From positions 35,402,001 to 35,466,000 of the forward strand of contig JBITNC010000002.1 in the NCBI GenBank assembly GCA_050084985.1: DNA of 64,000 nucleotides. Direction: 5' to 3'. The notes under the pieces are model-generated. The model saw only the letters and a list, made by a program, of their open reading frames with translations. It did no database searches and was not told the DNA's origin. Below are positions 12,691 through 24,526 of this stretch, in pieces (within the stretch, counting starts at the first letter, position 1; the number at the start of each line of letters is the position of its first letter). Both the position numbers and the translations under genes were made by a program. Source of the DNA: Nageia nagi (Eukaryota; Plantae; Pinophyta).

Positions 12691-15503
12691 TGTTTGAGAA
12701 GGATGCCTCACCGAAATGCAGTCTTATGAACTACAATGGTCGCCCTTGATGCCACCGTAGCCCTCTGCACGCACTTGATGAGATAAACTTGTTGGCTGTA
12801 GTGGTCGTAGCCGTGGCATTCGATCTGCAAGTCTTGTTGGTGAAGTGGAACGATGACCCCGGTGACACATTCAATCCAAAGGCATGGCAACCAAAGAGAC
12901 CCAGAGATGCACACGCTAGAAGGCAAATGGAGCAGCAAGAGCTATGTTTAATGTGAAGTTTCAACAAGGTTTACCACTGTGGATTTCACTCTCTTCGTAG
13001 TGGTCCAAATGATGGACAAATTGATGGATAAAGGAAAGAAAGTAAAAACGTCACAAAACTAAATCTAAAACTAAGTCAGATTATAAAAGATTCAATAGTT
13101 AAAAAGTCTAACCTGTAGCTACCGAAGCTTGCTCCAAATAAACCATTACATACATAAACGAATAACTAGAAAGAAAGGTGCCTAACATGAGAGAGGAGTT
13201 TTACGTCATAAGTTAAGGATCCATTACCATAAACTCTTTGGCACAAGATGAATGAAGGCAAAATTAAAAAACCATAAAAGTCTCTAACTACTGACTGACT
13301 ATGTTCAGAACCAAACCCAGAGTCTTGTTTTCTTCAAGCTCTGGCACAAAGTTACTTGAACCTTATAGTGTCTCAGGCTCTGTCTAGAAGGTAGATAAGC
13401 CACTGTCACAGTAAACCTAGTTCAAAATCCATCAGGTGTATTCCCTTAGAGAACATCTGGCTTTCAACAAGTCCTTAACCATAGAGTTGTGTTATGGATG
13501 GCTACACTAAACAATGTTAATTCCTTCTCAAATCTTTCAGATTTAATAAAAAGGCTGGCGCACTTAGGGATCACCAACCTGAGGAATCCATATAGAAAAC
13601 AAAATAGAAATCATGGTATGCATTCCTAATGTGTATTGCCATAAATAAAACTAGAGGATCATTTGTTGTTCTTTGCATTTCACCTGGGTAGATAAACCTA
13701 CAAATCGCCTGGAAAATCTAACTGTAATTGGTTCTTATACTCTTTTCATATATATTAGTAAATACTGACTTTTATGTGCTGTTAGGCCAGACTTCGTCGG
13801 GTTTAACACAAACTTGTAGGGCTTTTCGTATTAATTTTGCGACATGCTCAATTAAGAGGCCGATTAATCTCCATCACTTCAACTATTTAATATCTCAGGC
13901 TTTGGGGAACAATCACAGTTATTCCTTCTTGCCTTAGCATAAAGTTGGAGGTTCTTTTCTTTGTGCATTTATTTTTGGTTGACTACTTTGCATATTCTCC
14001 CACCAACCTTTACATTAATTGTGCAATTAATTTTTTTTTTGTTGACTACTTGCATGCACATGCAAAGCAACGTATCCTCCTTCTTGGTAAGGGAAGGGTA
14101 GCCATCCTTTTTTTACCTAAAGCATTTATTTTTTTTTACTTGGAGTGCTTAAGGTAAAAGGAGCATTAACTATGCATGGGTCACCTTCTTTTTCATTAAT
14201 ACTTGCAAGAAGCAAACGTATATTTTTTTTGGTAGGCATTTAATATTTTTTGCTTACAAGTCATTTGTTCCTATTAAATGCACTTAGGAGTATTTTTTTA
14301 CTTTAAATACTTTTTGGCAATTTACTTAGGTAAAATGATAAATATTAGTGTAACATTAACACTTTAAGGGATTTTACCTAAGTATTTTTTTAATGATTTC
14401 ATGTTTCCTAAAAGGGAAACCTATGCTATTTTTTAAGTAAACAAGAGAAATTTGTTTCTTAAAATGCATACTTAAAAGACAATTTTTAGCATACAAGTTT
14501 TTAAGGATAAAACTTTAAGTGAAAAGGGGGGAATTTGTATAATTTTTTTACTTAAAACTTTATCTAGATCTTGCATGCTAAATTTGTAATGCATGCCTCT
14601 TAATCTTATGTAGGAATAAAGCATGCTTAGTACTTAAAATTTTAAATGATGCATGTTTATTACTTAATTTTTAAGTTATGGAATAATGCATGTTTAATTT
14701 TTTAAAGTTATGGATTAATGCTAAGTAGGACTTAGCCTTTTTTTTTAAATTCATTAAAGTGATTGAATGAATTTATGAACTTGAGCAAAGTATGCAAAAT
14801 GTAAAATGTCCTTTAGGGGTTAGTACAAAACCCATTGGACTCTTAAGGTTTCAAGTTCTTGTGGATGATGTATTTCTTACTTTATATTTTTGCATAATTG
14901 CTTTATACTTGCAAAATGCAAAATATTGAAAGTAACCCCTAAAATGAACACATTCGCACGTACTTTTCTACAACATGACTTGTTTGGGGAGCCACGAGGT
15001 GAGGACAAGGAAGACTGGAGCCTTTTTAGTCCGAAGAACCAAGTGGTGGTAAATCCATCTTAATTGCCCCTAAGACCTCTGTTGGATTGGACATAACTCT
15101 ATTAGGTGGACAAGCATGTGTGTAGTGATACCACATGTTCGTACATCCATTCAGGGATTATCCTGATAACCTAAGAGGAAAACTGAAAACCTTAAATAAG
15201 ATAATTAAAATGACCGGTCCAAGATACGTCGGATCCTTGGAAAATAGTTGGTACTTCTTCTTGAGAGAGTATATTACTGACCAAGGTGAACTAGTTGAGG
15301 ATTGGTAGTACTTGGGCTCCACTCTGCGGGCATCCAGGTGAAAGCCTAATTCTATACAAGAAAATAACCTCAACTTAATCCTTCTACGGATCTTGGTTTA
15401 TAAGTTTGCACATGTGGGACATGTTTACTTATCATGTTTGATTTGTATAGATGGTAAATTGTAGAAATTTATTCATTTCTTGCTTATTTACTTTTGTGTA
15501 GCA

Positions 15504-18500
15504 ATGGTTGAAACCTTCATACCCAAAGCATATACTCGACGGTTCCAACTTCAGCATATGGGAACTTCGTATGAAAGCTGAGTTACAAGCAAGGAAGCTG
15601 TGGCAGATAGTTAATGAAGACATGGTCGCTCCTACAGATGAGAAGGCTCTTGAAATCTACAACTCAAAGAATGAGTTAGCAACTTCAATGATTTATCGTG
15701 CAGTTTCAGATGACATACTTCTCATGATCTCTTCTTCAACATCAGCAAAGGAAGCTTGGGATAGGCTAAAGAAAATTTACCTTGGGTCAAAATTTTCAAG
15801 GAGGTTCACTATTCTACAAAAGTTGTTGCAATATCGTCAAGGTGAAGATGAAAGTGCTTCTATTTACTTGAATAAAATCATTGACCTCAAGACACAACTG
15901 GTTGGCTGTGGGTGCAACTGGATCAATGATGAGTTCATGGTCTTCATCATTCTTCAAAGCCTTTCTACAAAGTTCAGTAACTTTGTCACAGTTATGGAAA
16001 CTAGGCTCGATGATGAAGAAGATGTCATCTCTCTTGATAACCTTTCTAGACTCCTTCTGAAGCATGAGGAAACTTTGAATAAGAAAATGTTGAACTTTTC
16101 TCCAAAGGACAATAACATTGCTCTAGGAGCAACCAAAACTCCTTTCAAGAAGAAGTTCAATCATTATAAATTCAAAGATAACAAATCCTCATCTACCTTC
16201 AGGAAGCATGAGCAAAAGGGCAACAATAATGGCAACTTCAAGCAAAGGAATGACAAAGCTGGATCAAGCAATCCAACACCTCAGGAAAAGTTTGATGGAA
16301 ATTGTAACTTTTGTGGCATCTTTGGGTACAAAGAGTATGATTATCGTAAAAAGAAATTTGCTCAAAAAGGTAAGGGAAATGCAAATGTGAGAAATTTCAA
16401 TAATAAAAAGAAGAACAAGCATGCTACTACTGTTGCCTACTACTCAATGACTCAAACTATTTCAAATGATTGGATTGTTGATTCAGGATGCACTAATCAC
16501 ATGTGTTATGAAAAGGCTAAGTTTGAAAACTTTCATAAGTACAAGAAGGATGCAGTTGTGATAGGTGATAATTCAGTCCTTGATGTTCAAGGAATAGGGA
16601 GTGTGAAGATTCATGGAAAGGTTCTTGATAATGTCTTTTATGTACCTAAACTAAGGATGAATCTTATCTCTGTAATTCAGATTACAAAGAAAGGATACTC
16701 ATTTGAGTTTACCTCACACTCCTGGTGTGTTAAGAAAGGACTTGCCACCTTCATGAAAGGATCAGTAAAGGATGACCTTTATATTATGGATCAAGTTCCT
16801 TCAAAAATGTGTCTTGCTACAAATGTTTGTTCAAAGGGTAATCTTTAGCATCAACGATTATGGCACCTTAACCACAAGAGTATTCAAGATATGAAAAATC
16901 AAGAACTTGTGGAAGGTTTACCTAATATTTCACCCACAATTGGTCTTTGTGAAAGGTGCATTCTAGGAAAAATGAATAGGCAAAAGTTTGAAAAAGATAA
17001 GGCAACTTGGGCTACTCATCCTTTTCAACTTGTGCATTCAGATTTGATGGGTCCATTTCAGACTAAGTCTCTAGGGAGAGCTTCTTATGTTCTGACCTTC
17101 ATTGATGACTTCAGTAGGATGACATTTGGTTATCTACTTGAGCACAAGGATCAAACTTTTGATCGGTTTAAAGACTTCAAGGTTCTTGTTGAAAATCAAA
17201 CTGATTTCAAGATCAAGATGCTGAGATCTGATAATGGGGGTGAGTATAATAGCAATGAGTTTAACGACTATTGTGTTAAACATGGGATCAAGCGGCAATT
17301 CACAATCCCTTACACCCCTCAACAAAATGGAGTTGCTGAAAGGAAGAATCGAACCATTATGGAAATGGCAAGGTGCATGTTGGGTAACCTTCCTAGTTTT
17401 TTATGGGGTGAAGTTGTTCACACTGCTATTCACACCCTAAATAGGTGTCCTACTAAAGCAGTTGAAGGTAAAACTCCGTATGAAGCATGGATAGGAAAGA
17501 AACCTAACATCTCACACTTTAGGGTCTTCGGTTGTGATGCATTTACCTTCATTACCTCAGAGAAAAGAAAGAAGTTGGATAAAAGATCAGAAAAATGCAT
17601 CTTTGTGAGGTATGATAATCAGCATAGAGGTTACAGGCTCTACTCCTCATCCCATAAAATAGTCTTTATTTCTAGGGATGTCAAGTTCAATGAACTTCTT
17701 GAGGATACGACTTCTCATGCTGAGGTGTCTGATTCAGATGATTCTTTACCTGCACCTAATTGGTTAGATGATCATGTAGGGAAGTCATCATAAGAGCAAA
17801 ATTCTCCAGCTCAGAGAATTACAAGGAGTATGACCTTGAATAAATCCTTATTTACCAAAATTGATAATACGAATGAGCCATCAACCTTCAAAGAAGCTTC
17901 CAAGCAAGAGTGTTGGATGGAAGCTATGAAAGTTGAGTATGAGATGCTCATGAAAAATGAAACTTGGGATTTGGTTCCTTATCCCAATGAGAAAAATGTG
18001 ATTGGAAATAAATGGATATACAAGGTCAAGTATAATTTTGATGGAGAAATTGAAAAATACAAAGCAAGTTTAGTGGCAAAAGGATTCGCTCAGAAATATG
18101 GTATTGATTATGAGAAAACCTTTGCTCTTGTGGCCAAGATGCCTACTGTCAGGATAATCCTTGCTCTTTCTGCAGCTCAAGGATGGAAAGTTTTCCAACT
18201 TGATGTCAAGAGTGCATTTCTCAATGGTGACTTGGATGTAGAAATCTACATGAATCAACCAGAAGGATTTATTCCAGAAGGTAAAGAGTCTCTTGTGTGC
18301 AAGCTAAAGAAGTCTTTGTATGGACTTAAGTAAGCACCTAGAGCGTGGTACAAAAAAATTTCAGGATTCTTTGTAGATATTGGTTTTTCCAAGTGCTTCT
18401 CTGATTCAGATCTCTATGTACTCAATCAAGGAAAAGACGTGGTCTTAATTCTCTTTTATGTGGATGATCTTCTCATAACTGACAATAATATTGAAATCAT

Positions 18501-19422
18501 CCAAGAGTGCATATCCAAACTAAAGGTAACATTTGAAATGACTGATCTAGGTCTATTGCATTACTATCTTGGGATGCAAGTATACCAACACAAAGATTGT
18601 ACTTATCTTAGTCAATCTAATTATATATCAGACATCTTGCAAAAATTTGGAATGGAGGAGTGTAGATATGCTACAATACCTATTTCTTCTGGAATCGTTG
18701 TATCTTTGAGTTCAAATTCTCAGTTGGTTGATGCTATAGCTTATAGGCAATTGATCAGTAGTCTATTGTATCTAACTATCTCTTGACCTGATATTACCTT
18801 TGCAATGAATCTGATGGCACGATTCATGCAAAAACCATATGTTAAGCACCTCACTGCTGTTAAGCAAATCTTGAGGTACGTGGCAGGGACAAAGGATCTT
18901 GCTCTTAAGTATTCCAAAGTGCCTTCGATTGTTCTCTTTGGGTTCTCAGATTTTGATTATGGGGGAGATAGAGATGATAGAAAATCAACCTCTGCATATG
19001 TGTTCAACATTGGTTCAGGTGCTATCTCTTGGGCTTCCAAGAAGCAACCTACTGTGACTCTTTTTACCACCGAAGCTGAATATCGAGCCATGTCTGTTGC
19101 TGCCCAAGAAGCTATTTGGCTTAGGCATCTTCTGAACGAAATTGGGGATGAACAAAATTGTCCATCTTTTATTTCTTTAGACAATCAATCGGCTATCTCT
19201 TTGGCTAAAAATCCTATGTTGCATCAAAGAACCAAACATGTGGAAATCCAAGCCCATTTTATAAGGGAGAAGGTTCTAGATGACATCATACACTTAGAGA
19301 ATTGTCTATCTACTAAAAACTCCGCTAATTTATTCACCAAGCCCCTTCCTGAAGCTCAGTTTAGCAAGCTTAGGGATTCTCTCGGGTTGGTGAAGTTGCC
19401 CTTAAAGGGGAGTGATGTTTGA
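15504..19422 (+). pseudogene. Copia gag-pol polyprotein with a few stops and frameshifts
   Basis: Gag (LDGSNFSIW, SAKEAWDRL, degenerate CCHC knuckle CNFCGIFGYKEYDY), protease WIVDSGCTNHM, integrase (LVHSDLMGP, LRSDNGGEY, PQQNGVAERKN), RT ([16 protein letters not shown]) and RNase H (TEAEY, DNQSAI, RTKHVEI), split across ORFs 15508, 16891, 17830, 18439 and 18805. Confidence 0.95.
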
Positions 19423-19497
19423 ACTTTTGTTAGTGATGACAACTTCACCTCTAAGAGGCTCTTTTGTTGTTATTATATAGTGTGTGTTGATTATGAT

Positions 19498-20046
19498 ATA
19501 CCTCTGTGGTCAGTTTGCTCTACGTGACAAACTTGTTGTACATTTTTATACCTCCGTGGTAAGTTTGCTCTGCGTGATAAACTTGTACATTTTTATACCT
19601 CCGTGGTAAGTTTGCTCTGCGTGACAAACTTGTTGTACATTTTTATACCTCTGTGGTAAGTTTGCTCTGCGTGACAAACTTGTACATTTTATACCTCCGT
19701 GGTAAGTTTGCTCTGCATGACAAACTTGTACATTTTTATAACTTCGTGGTAAGTTTGCTTTGCATGACAAACTTGTTGTACATTTTATACCTTCGTGGTA
19801 AGTTTGCTCTATGTGACAAACTTGTTGTACATTTTTATACCTCCGTGGTAAGTTTGCTCTACGTGACAAACTTGTACATTTTATACCTCCGTGGTAAGTT
19901 TGCTCTGTGTGAGAAACTTGTTGTACAATTTTTTGAGCATATAATTAATATACCTCCATGGTAAGTTCGCTCTGCGTGAGGAACTTGTACATTTTATACC
20001 TCCGTGGTAAGTTTGCTCTGCGTGAGAAACTTGTTGTACAATTTTT
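19498..20046 (+). repeat. Tandem array of 11 units (46-50 bp) in the copia 3' UTR
   Basis: Consensus ATACCTCCGTGGTAAGTTTGCTCTGCGTGACAAACTTG(TTG)TACATTTT(T). Confidence 0.95.
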
Positions 20047-20524
20047 ATGCTCTATTAATAATCAACACATGTCTATATACAACAGGTGACTATGAGTGAT
20101 GGCTTGGCATCTCCGTGATGACTTATAGTGCACCATTGATCAGTTATTTATAAGATGGCATTATTTGATTCTCTTATTTGAATATATGATGCATCTAACT
20201 GATTTTGTTCATGAGTTGCTTGTAGCATGCAGGATCTTCTTCAGAAATGCAGGTTACTCACCTTGTGTAAGCAAGCTCATGGAGACTCACATGTCAGCTT
20301 AAAGTTGATCGACTACTATGTACAGTGAAACCAGTTGTGGTTAATGATTGTATTGTAAACCATTTTGTCAAATGGTAATGTAGTGAGTCTCATACTAGTT
20401 CTCAAAAAGATTCTCAAATATGTAAATGTTCTCATCTCCACTTGTATCTCTATGGAGGAGAACTCTCTCTTACTCTCTCTCTTCTCTCTTCTACGCTCTA
20501 TCCCAATATTGCATTAAGGGGGAG

Positions 20525-21002
20525 TGTTAGAATTTGTAATGAAATATTGTGAATATCTAAACTCCTTGTAAATTCAATTAATCACTTAAAGGATATGTAG
20601 ATACCTTAAGGGATTAATTGAATTCTTTATTATGTGTGGACTTTGACCTTACCATAGGGTTAGTTGGTAGGTTAAAGTTAGGTAATACATTTATTGTAAC
20701 CCTAACCTTACCCTTGGGTTAAAGGGAGGTTGGGGAGGTGCTCTCAAGCTATAAATAGAGGGTCTCTCCTCTTGTAACATAATTAAGATTTGGAGTAAGA
20801 TTACTCTACTAGTTTGTGTAGGAGAGAAAGAGAATTGTAGTAAGAGGTGCATAGATTGAGAATTGAGAACTAGTTGTGGATGTACTCCCAAGGAGGGAGG
20901 AACCACATTATATTTGTGTTATCTTGTGTGAATGGTGTTATGTTGAATGATTGAGTTTCCTAGTCTTGGACCTTGAGAATTAGAGTAGGTCTAATTCCTT
21001 CA
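20525..21002 (+). repeat. 3' LTR of the copia element
   Basis: Direct repeat of 11639-12116, preceded by the PPT. Confidence 0.97.
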
Positions 21003-21046
21003 ATAAAGACTTATCAGAAGGTTGCGAGCAATGTGATTTTGATGAG

Positions 21047-22830
21047 ATGTCAATCCCTAATGAGTATGTGAGCCTCACAGAAGATGGATCCAAATGTTCT
21101 TACATAGTAGGGGTAGGTATTATCTATGTTTCTCCTACAAATGAGGTAATCCCCATGGATTACAAGATTGGTTTTGAATGCACAAATAATATGGTAGAAT
21201 ATGAAGCTTTGATATTGGGTTTAAAAGCAGCTATCACATTGAAAATTAAGGATTTAGATATTTATGGTGATTCACAACTTGTAATTAACTAAGTACAAGA
21301 TATTTGATACAAAGGATGAGAAATTGAGGCCTTAAAAAATACTGGTTAATGATTTATTGGATTAGTTTGATAGATATACTATTCAAAATATCCCATGAAC
21401 TAATAACAGGTATGCAGATGCCATGGCAAGCATAGCTTCTCTTGCACCAATTGAGATAGAGGATGAAGAGACAATAATGAAAATTCCCAAGCTTGGTACA
21501 CCTTCCTATATTGAAGATATGCATGAAATAGAGATATGTCTCATTGCTAAAGATAATGATTTTCAAAATTGGTATGTGGATATTTATAATTATTTGAAGC
21601 ATCAAATAATTCTTGATGATTATGATAGAAATGAAAAGGCGAGATTAAAAAGGACTATTATTAAGTATGTGATCATTGGTAAGGTGTTGTATATTCTTTT
21701 GATGGTGCTTTGTTAAGATATCTCACACAACATGAGATAACTACAACATTGGAACAGACTCATGATGGTTTGTGTGGAGGTCATTTTCATGCAAAGGCAT
21801 TGTATGATAAACTTTTGAGGATTGGTTATTATTGGCCCATTATGGAAGAAGATTGCAAAAAGCATGTAAAAATTTATTTGCAATATCAAAAGCATGCCAA
21901 TTTAGAGAAGCAACCCACTCAAGAGTTGCATTCTATTGTTTCACCATGGCCATTTGCTACTTAGGGCATATATTTGATTGGGATCATCAATCTTCATTCA
22001 AGAGAGGGCACAAATTTGTCATTACTGCTACAAAATTCACTATGAAATTAGTTGAGACTATCCCTATCAAATCAATAACACAAGATAAGATCATTGCATT
22101 CCTAATTGAAAATATCATTATAAGATTTGGTGTGCTACAAAGGTTGATTATGGACAATGGGCCTAAAACTTCAAAGGTAAGGAAATGAAAGCCTTTTGCA
22201 AGAAATTTCATATTGTGCAAATGTTTTCTTCAATTTACTATCCTCAAGGTAATGGTCAAGCTGAAGCTACTAACAAGACCATTAAGAGCATTTTGTCAAA
22301 AACTTGGGATAGATATTAAAGAGATTGACATGAGCAATTACCATATGCACTATGGGCATACAAGACAAGTATTAGAACTACCATCGGGGCAACACCATTT
22401 TCATTGGTATATGGAAATGAAGCTATAGTACCATTGGAATTAGAACTCCCTTCCTTAAGGATTTCCTTGCAAGGAGATATAGCGGATCAGGATGCAAAAA
22501 AAGCTAGATTGCAACAATTAGAATCATTGGATGAAAAAAGAATTAGAGCAATTGAGCATCAAAAGGTATATCATGCTAAATTGAAAAGAGTATTTGGAAA
22601 AAAGATAAAGACCAAGGAATTCAAAGTGGGAGATTTGATACTCAAGTAGAATATAAATAAGACAACTACAAATGGCAAAGTTAAAAGCAAATTTGAATCA
22701 AATTGGTTCGGCCCATTTGTTGTAGTAGAATCAACTTAACAAAGAGCCTGCAAACTATCATCTATGGATGAAAAAGGAGAACCTAAGACCTTCAATGCCA
22801 CCCATATCAAATGCTTCTTTGCATAAAGAT
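21047..22830 (+). pseudogene. Tat element additional RNase H and integrase (disrupted)
   Basis: Motifs in ORFs 21047, 21423, 21710, 21832 and 22404; many frameshifts. Confidence 0.88.
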
Positions 22831-23941
22831 AGTGGCTTCGTACCTTGCAACACATCAAAAATTTTAAGCAAGGTACTTGTATCATTATATTTCATTTTTA
22901 GTTTTTCATTATATTGTACTATTTTCACAAACTAACGGTGTGTATTACTGTTTATGCATTACCAACTACGTAAATTTAAAAAAAATGAAAAGAAAAAAAG
23001 ATAAAAAAATGATGACAATACAATGTCTGTAGACCATGGACATCAAATGCTAGGTCATTAATGGCCAACGATACAACTAGTGAGAGTTCACTCACTTAAA
23101 AGATAAACCGATGATGCATCTGTGACCAAGATGTTGATATTGGCTCATCCTCAATGGATGACACAACTTGCTGTGTGTCCACATGTTTTTTGCTTTGAAC
23201 CATACAAAGCATAATATCTTTGGGTCATAGACATAAAATATATAACTGTCGATGGTCATCGATACGGTTAGTGAGAGTTCACTCACTAAAAAGATAAATC
23301 GATGATGCAACCGTAAATAGATTGCTAACATTGACTCATCATGAACGGACGATGCAACTCATTGTGTATCCAAATCATTTTCATGCAAGGTATATATAAC
23401 ACTCCTTTGTAGGTATCTACATCACGAAGAAGGGAAGAGACTATAAAGAAACTCATGCTATTAGCGGCATGCTCACTTTTCTTGCACCATCAATGATGTG
23501 CACATCAATAGTATTTTATCACAAACAAAGTGACCTCTTCTGTCTCAAGGCATGGACGTGAGAGCATCAATTTCCTAAGTAGCAGACATGATAGAATGGA
23601 TAGATCCATGGTGGAACAGTGTAAGGGGAAAAATAATATCTTCCATTTTAGAGATTGGAAATGGAACCATAAGACTACTTGCTAGCAGAGTTCCTTCCAT
23701 GACAAATATATCATTAGAGGTAAAGACACATAGTTCTTTAGATTTTGTCTTTGCTGCACCACTCAAGGAGCTTTTTTGGGGCAATCAAGCCAAAATAGGG
23801 TAGTAAAAGACCCTCACCATCATCATCATCATCAAATGGTAGTGCAACAAAGAGTTCAAAGTTCTCAAAAATTTTCTTTTGTATTTCGTCTTTGGACATG
23901 TAATTTCATTGCTTCAATCACACTCCCAAAGAGGGGAAAAA

Positions 23942-24526
23942 TGTAGATGCCTAAAAATGAATTGTTATTTATTAAATAATTCATTTTATAGCATAAATGA
24001 TATTTATTGTAAAAAAGGGGTTAAAATATACCCAAGGCAAATATAAAAGAAAACACCTCAAACCATGTAATGTGCAATGATCCTAAGAATCAAAAAGGCT
24101 CAAGACGTTGCTATAAAAGAATATTAAAGGCAACATAATCTCCTATGATCGGATAAGGAGAGAGAGAGAATAGAACATGCAATATCATCATATCTAACCC
24201 AACGACAGTGTTTTGTAACACCACCTCTGCATATATCTGTTAAACTCTTCGTGTTGCTTTTACATGCTTTTTGTTCTATTCTTCGATTTGCTCAATTCAC
24301 GCAGCCAACGATGTGGTATCTTTGGGACGTTGGCGATGTACATCTTTATGAATGTCGTGTGATGATTGATGAATGGTTTTTGCTATTTCATGTTCATGTG
24401 ATTGCTATGAAGGTACATTGATTATCATTGTTCGTTGGATGCCATGTTTCTAATATATGCTTTAATAATATATTGTAGACAAATAGTGCTTCAATTTTAT
24501 TATTTATGCATTATTTTTAAAATACA
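23942..24526 (+). repeat. 3' LTR of the Tat element
   Basis: Starts TGTAGA after the PPT. Its last ~245 bp align with 6091-6337. Confidence 0.85.

Larger units (their letters stand above)
11639..21002 (+). mobile_element. Full-length Ty1/copia LTR retrotransposon (9364 bp) nested in the Tat element, TSD ATAAA
   Basis: LTRs are 11639-12116 and 20525-21002 (478 bp, TG...CA, 6 transition differences by eye). ATAAA lies at 11634-11638 and 21003-21007. PBS TGGTATCTAGAGC is at 12119 and PPT AAGGGGGAG at 20516-20524. Domain order is gag-PR-INT-RT-RH. Confidence 0.97.
6091..24526 (+). mobile_element. Degenerate Ty3/gypsy Tat-clade LTR retrotransposon (gag-PR-G-patch-RT-RH-aRH-INT), interrupted by CACTA and copia insertions
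   Basis: A partial 5' LTR (6091-6337, ends GTCTACA) matches 24280-24526. The 3' LTR is 23942-24526 (TGTAGA...), after PPT AAAGAGGGGAAAAA. Domains: protease LVDNGLAVNV / LILGRPWL; RT with KDDFPLPNID, MPFGLKN, YVDD (10343-10792); second RNase H CTNNMVEYEALILGL...GDSQLVI (21047-21292); integrase HDGLCGGH...GYYWP and VYGNEAIVPLE. Confidence 0.9.

Noticed and set aside
19546-19964. ORFs of 103-107 aa after pol (possible env-like or extra ORF)
   Set aside because: They are translations of the tandem repeat and are not conserved in copies 1 and 2.
19498-20046. CRISPR-like array of palindromic repeats
   Set aside because: Units are head-to-tail with no unique spacers, there are no cas genes, and the context is a eukaryotic retrotransposon.
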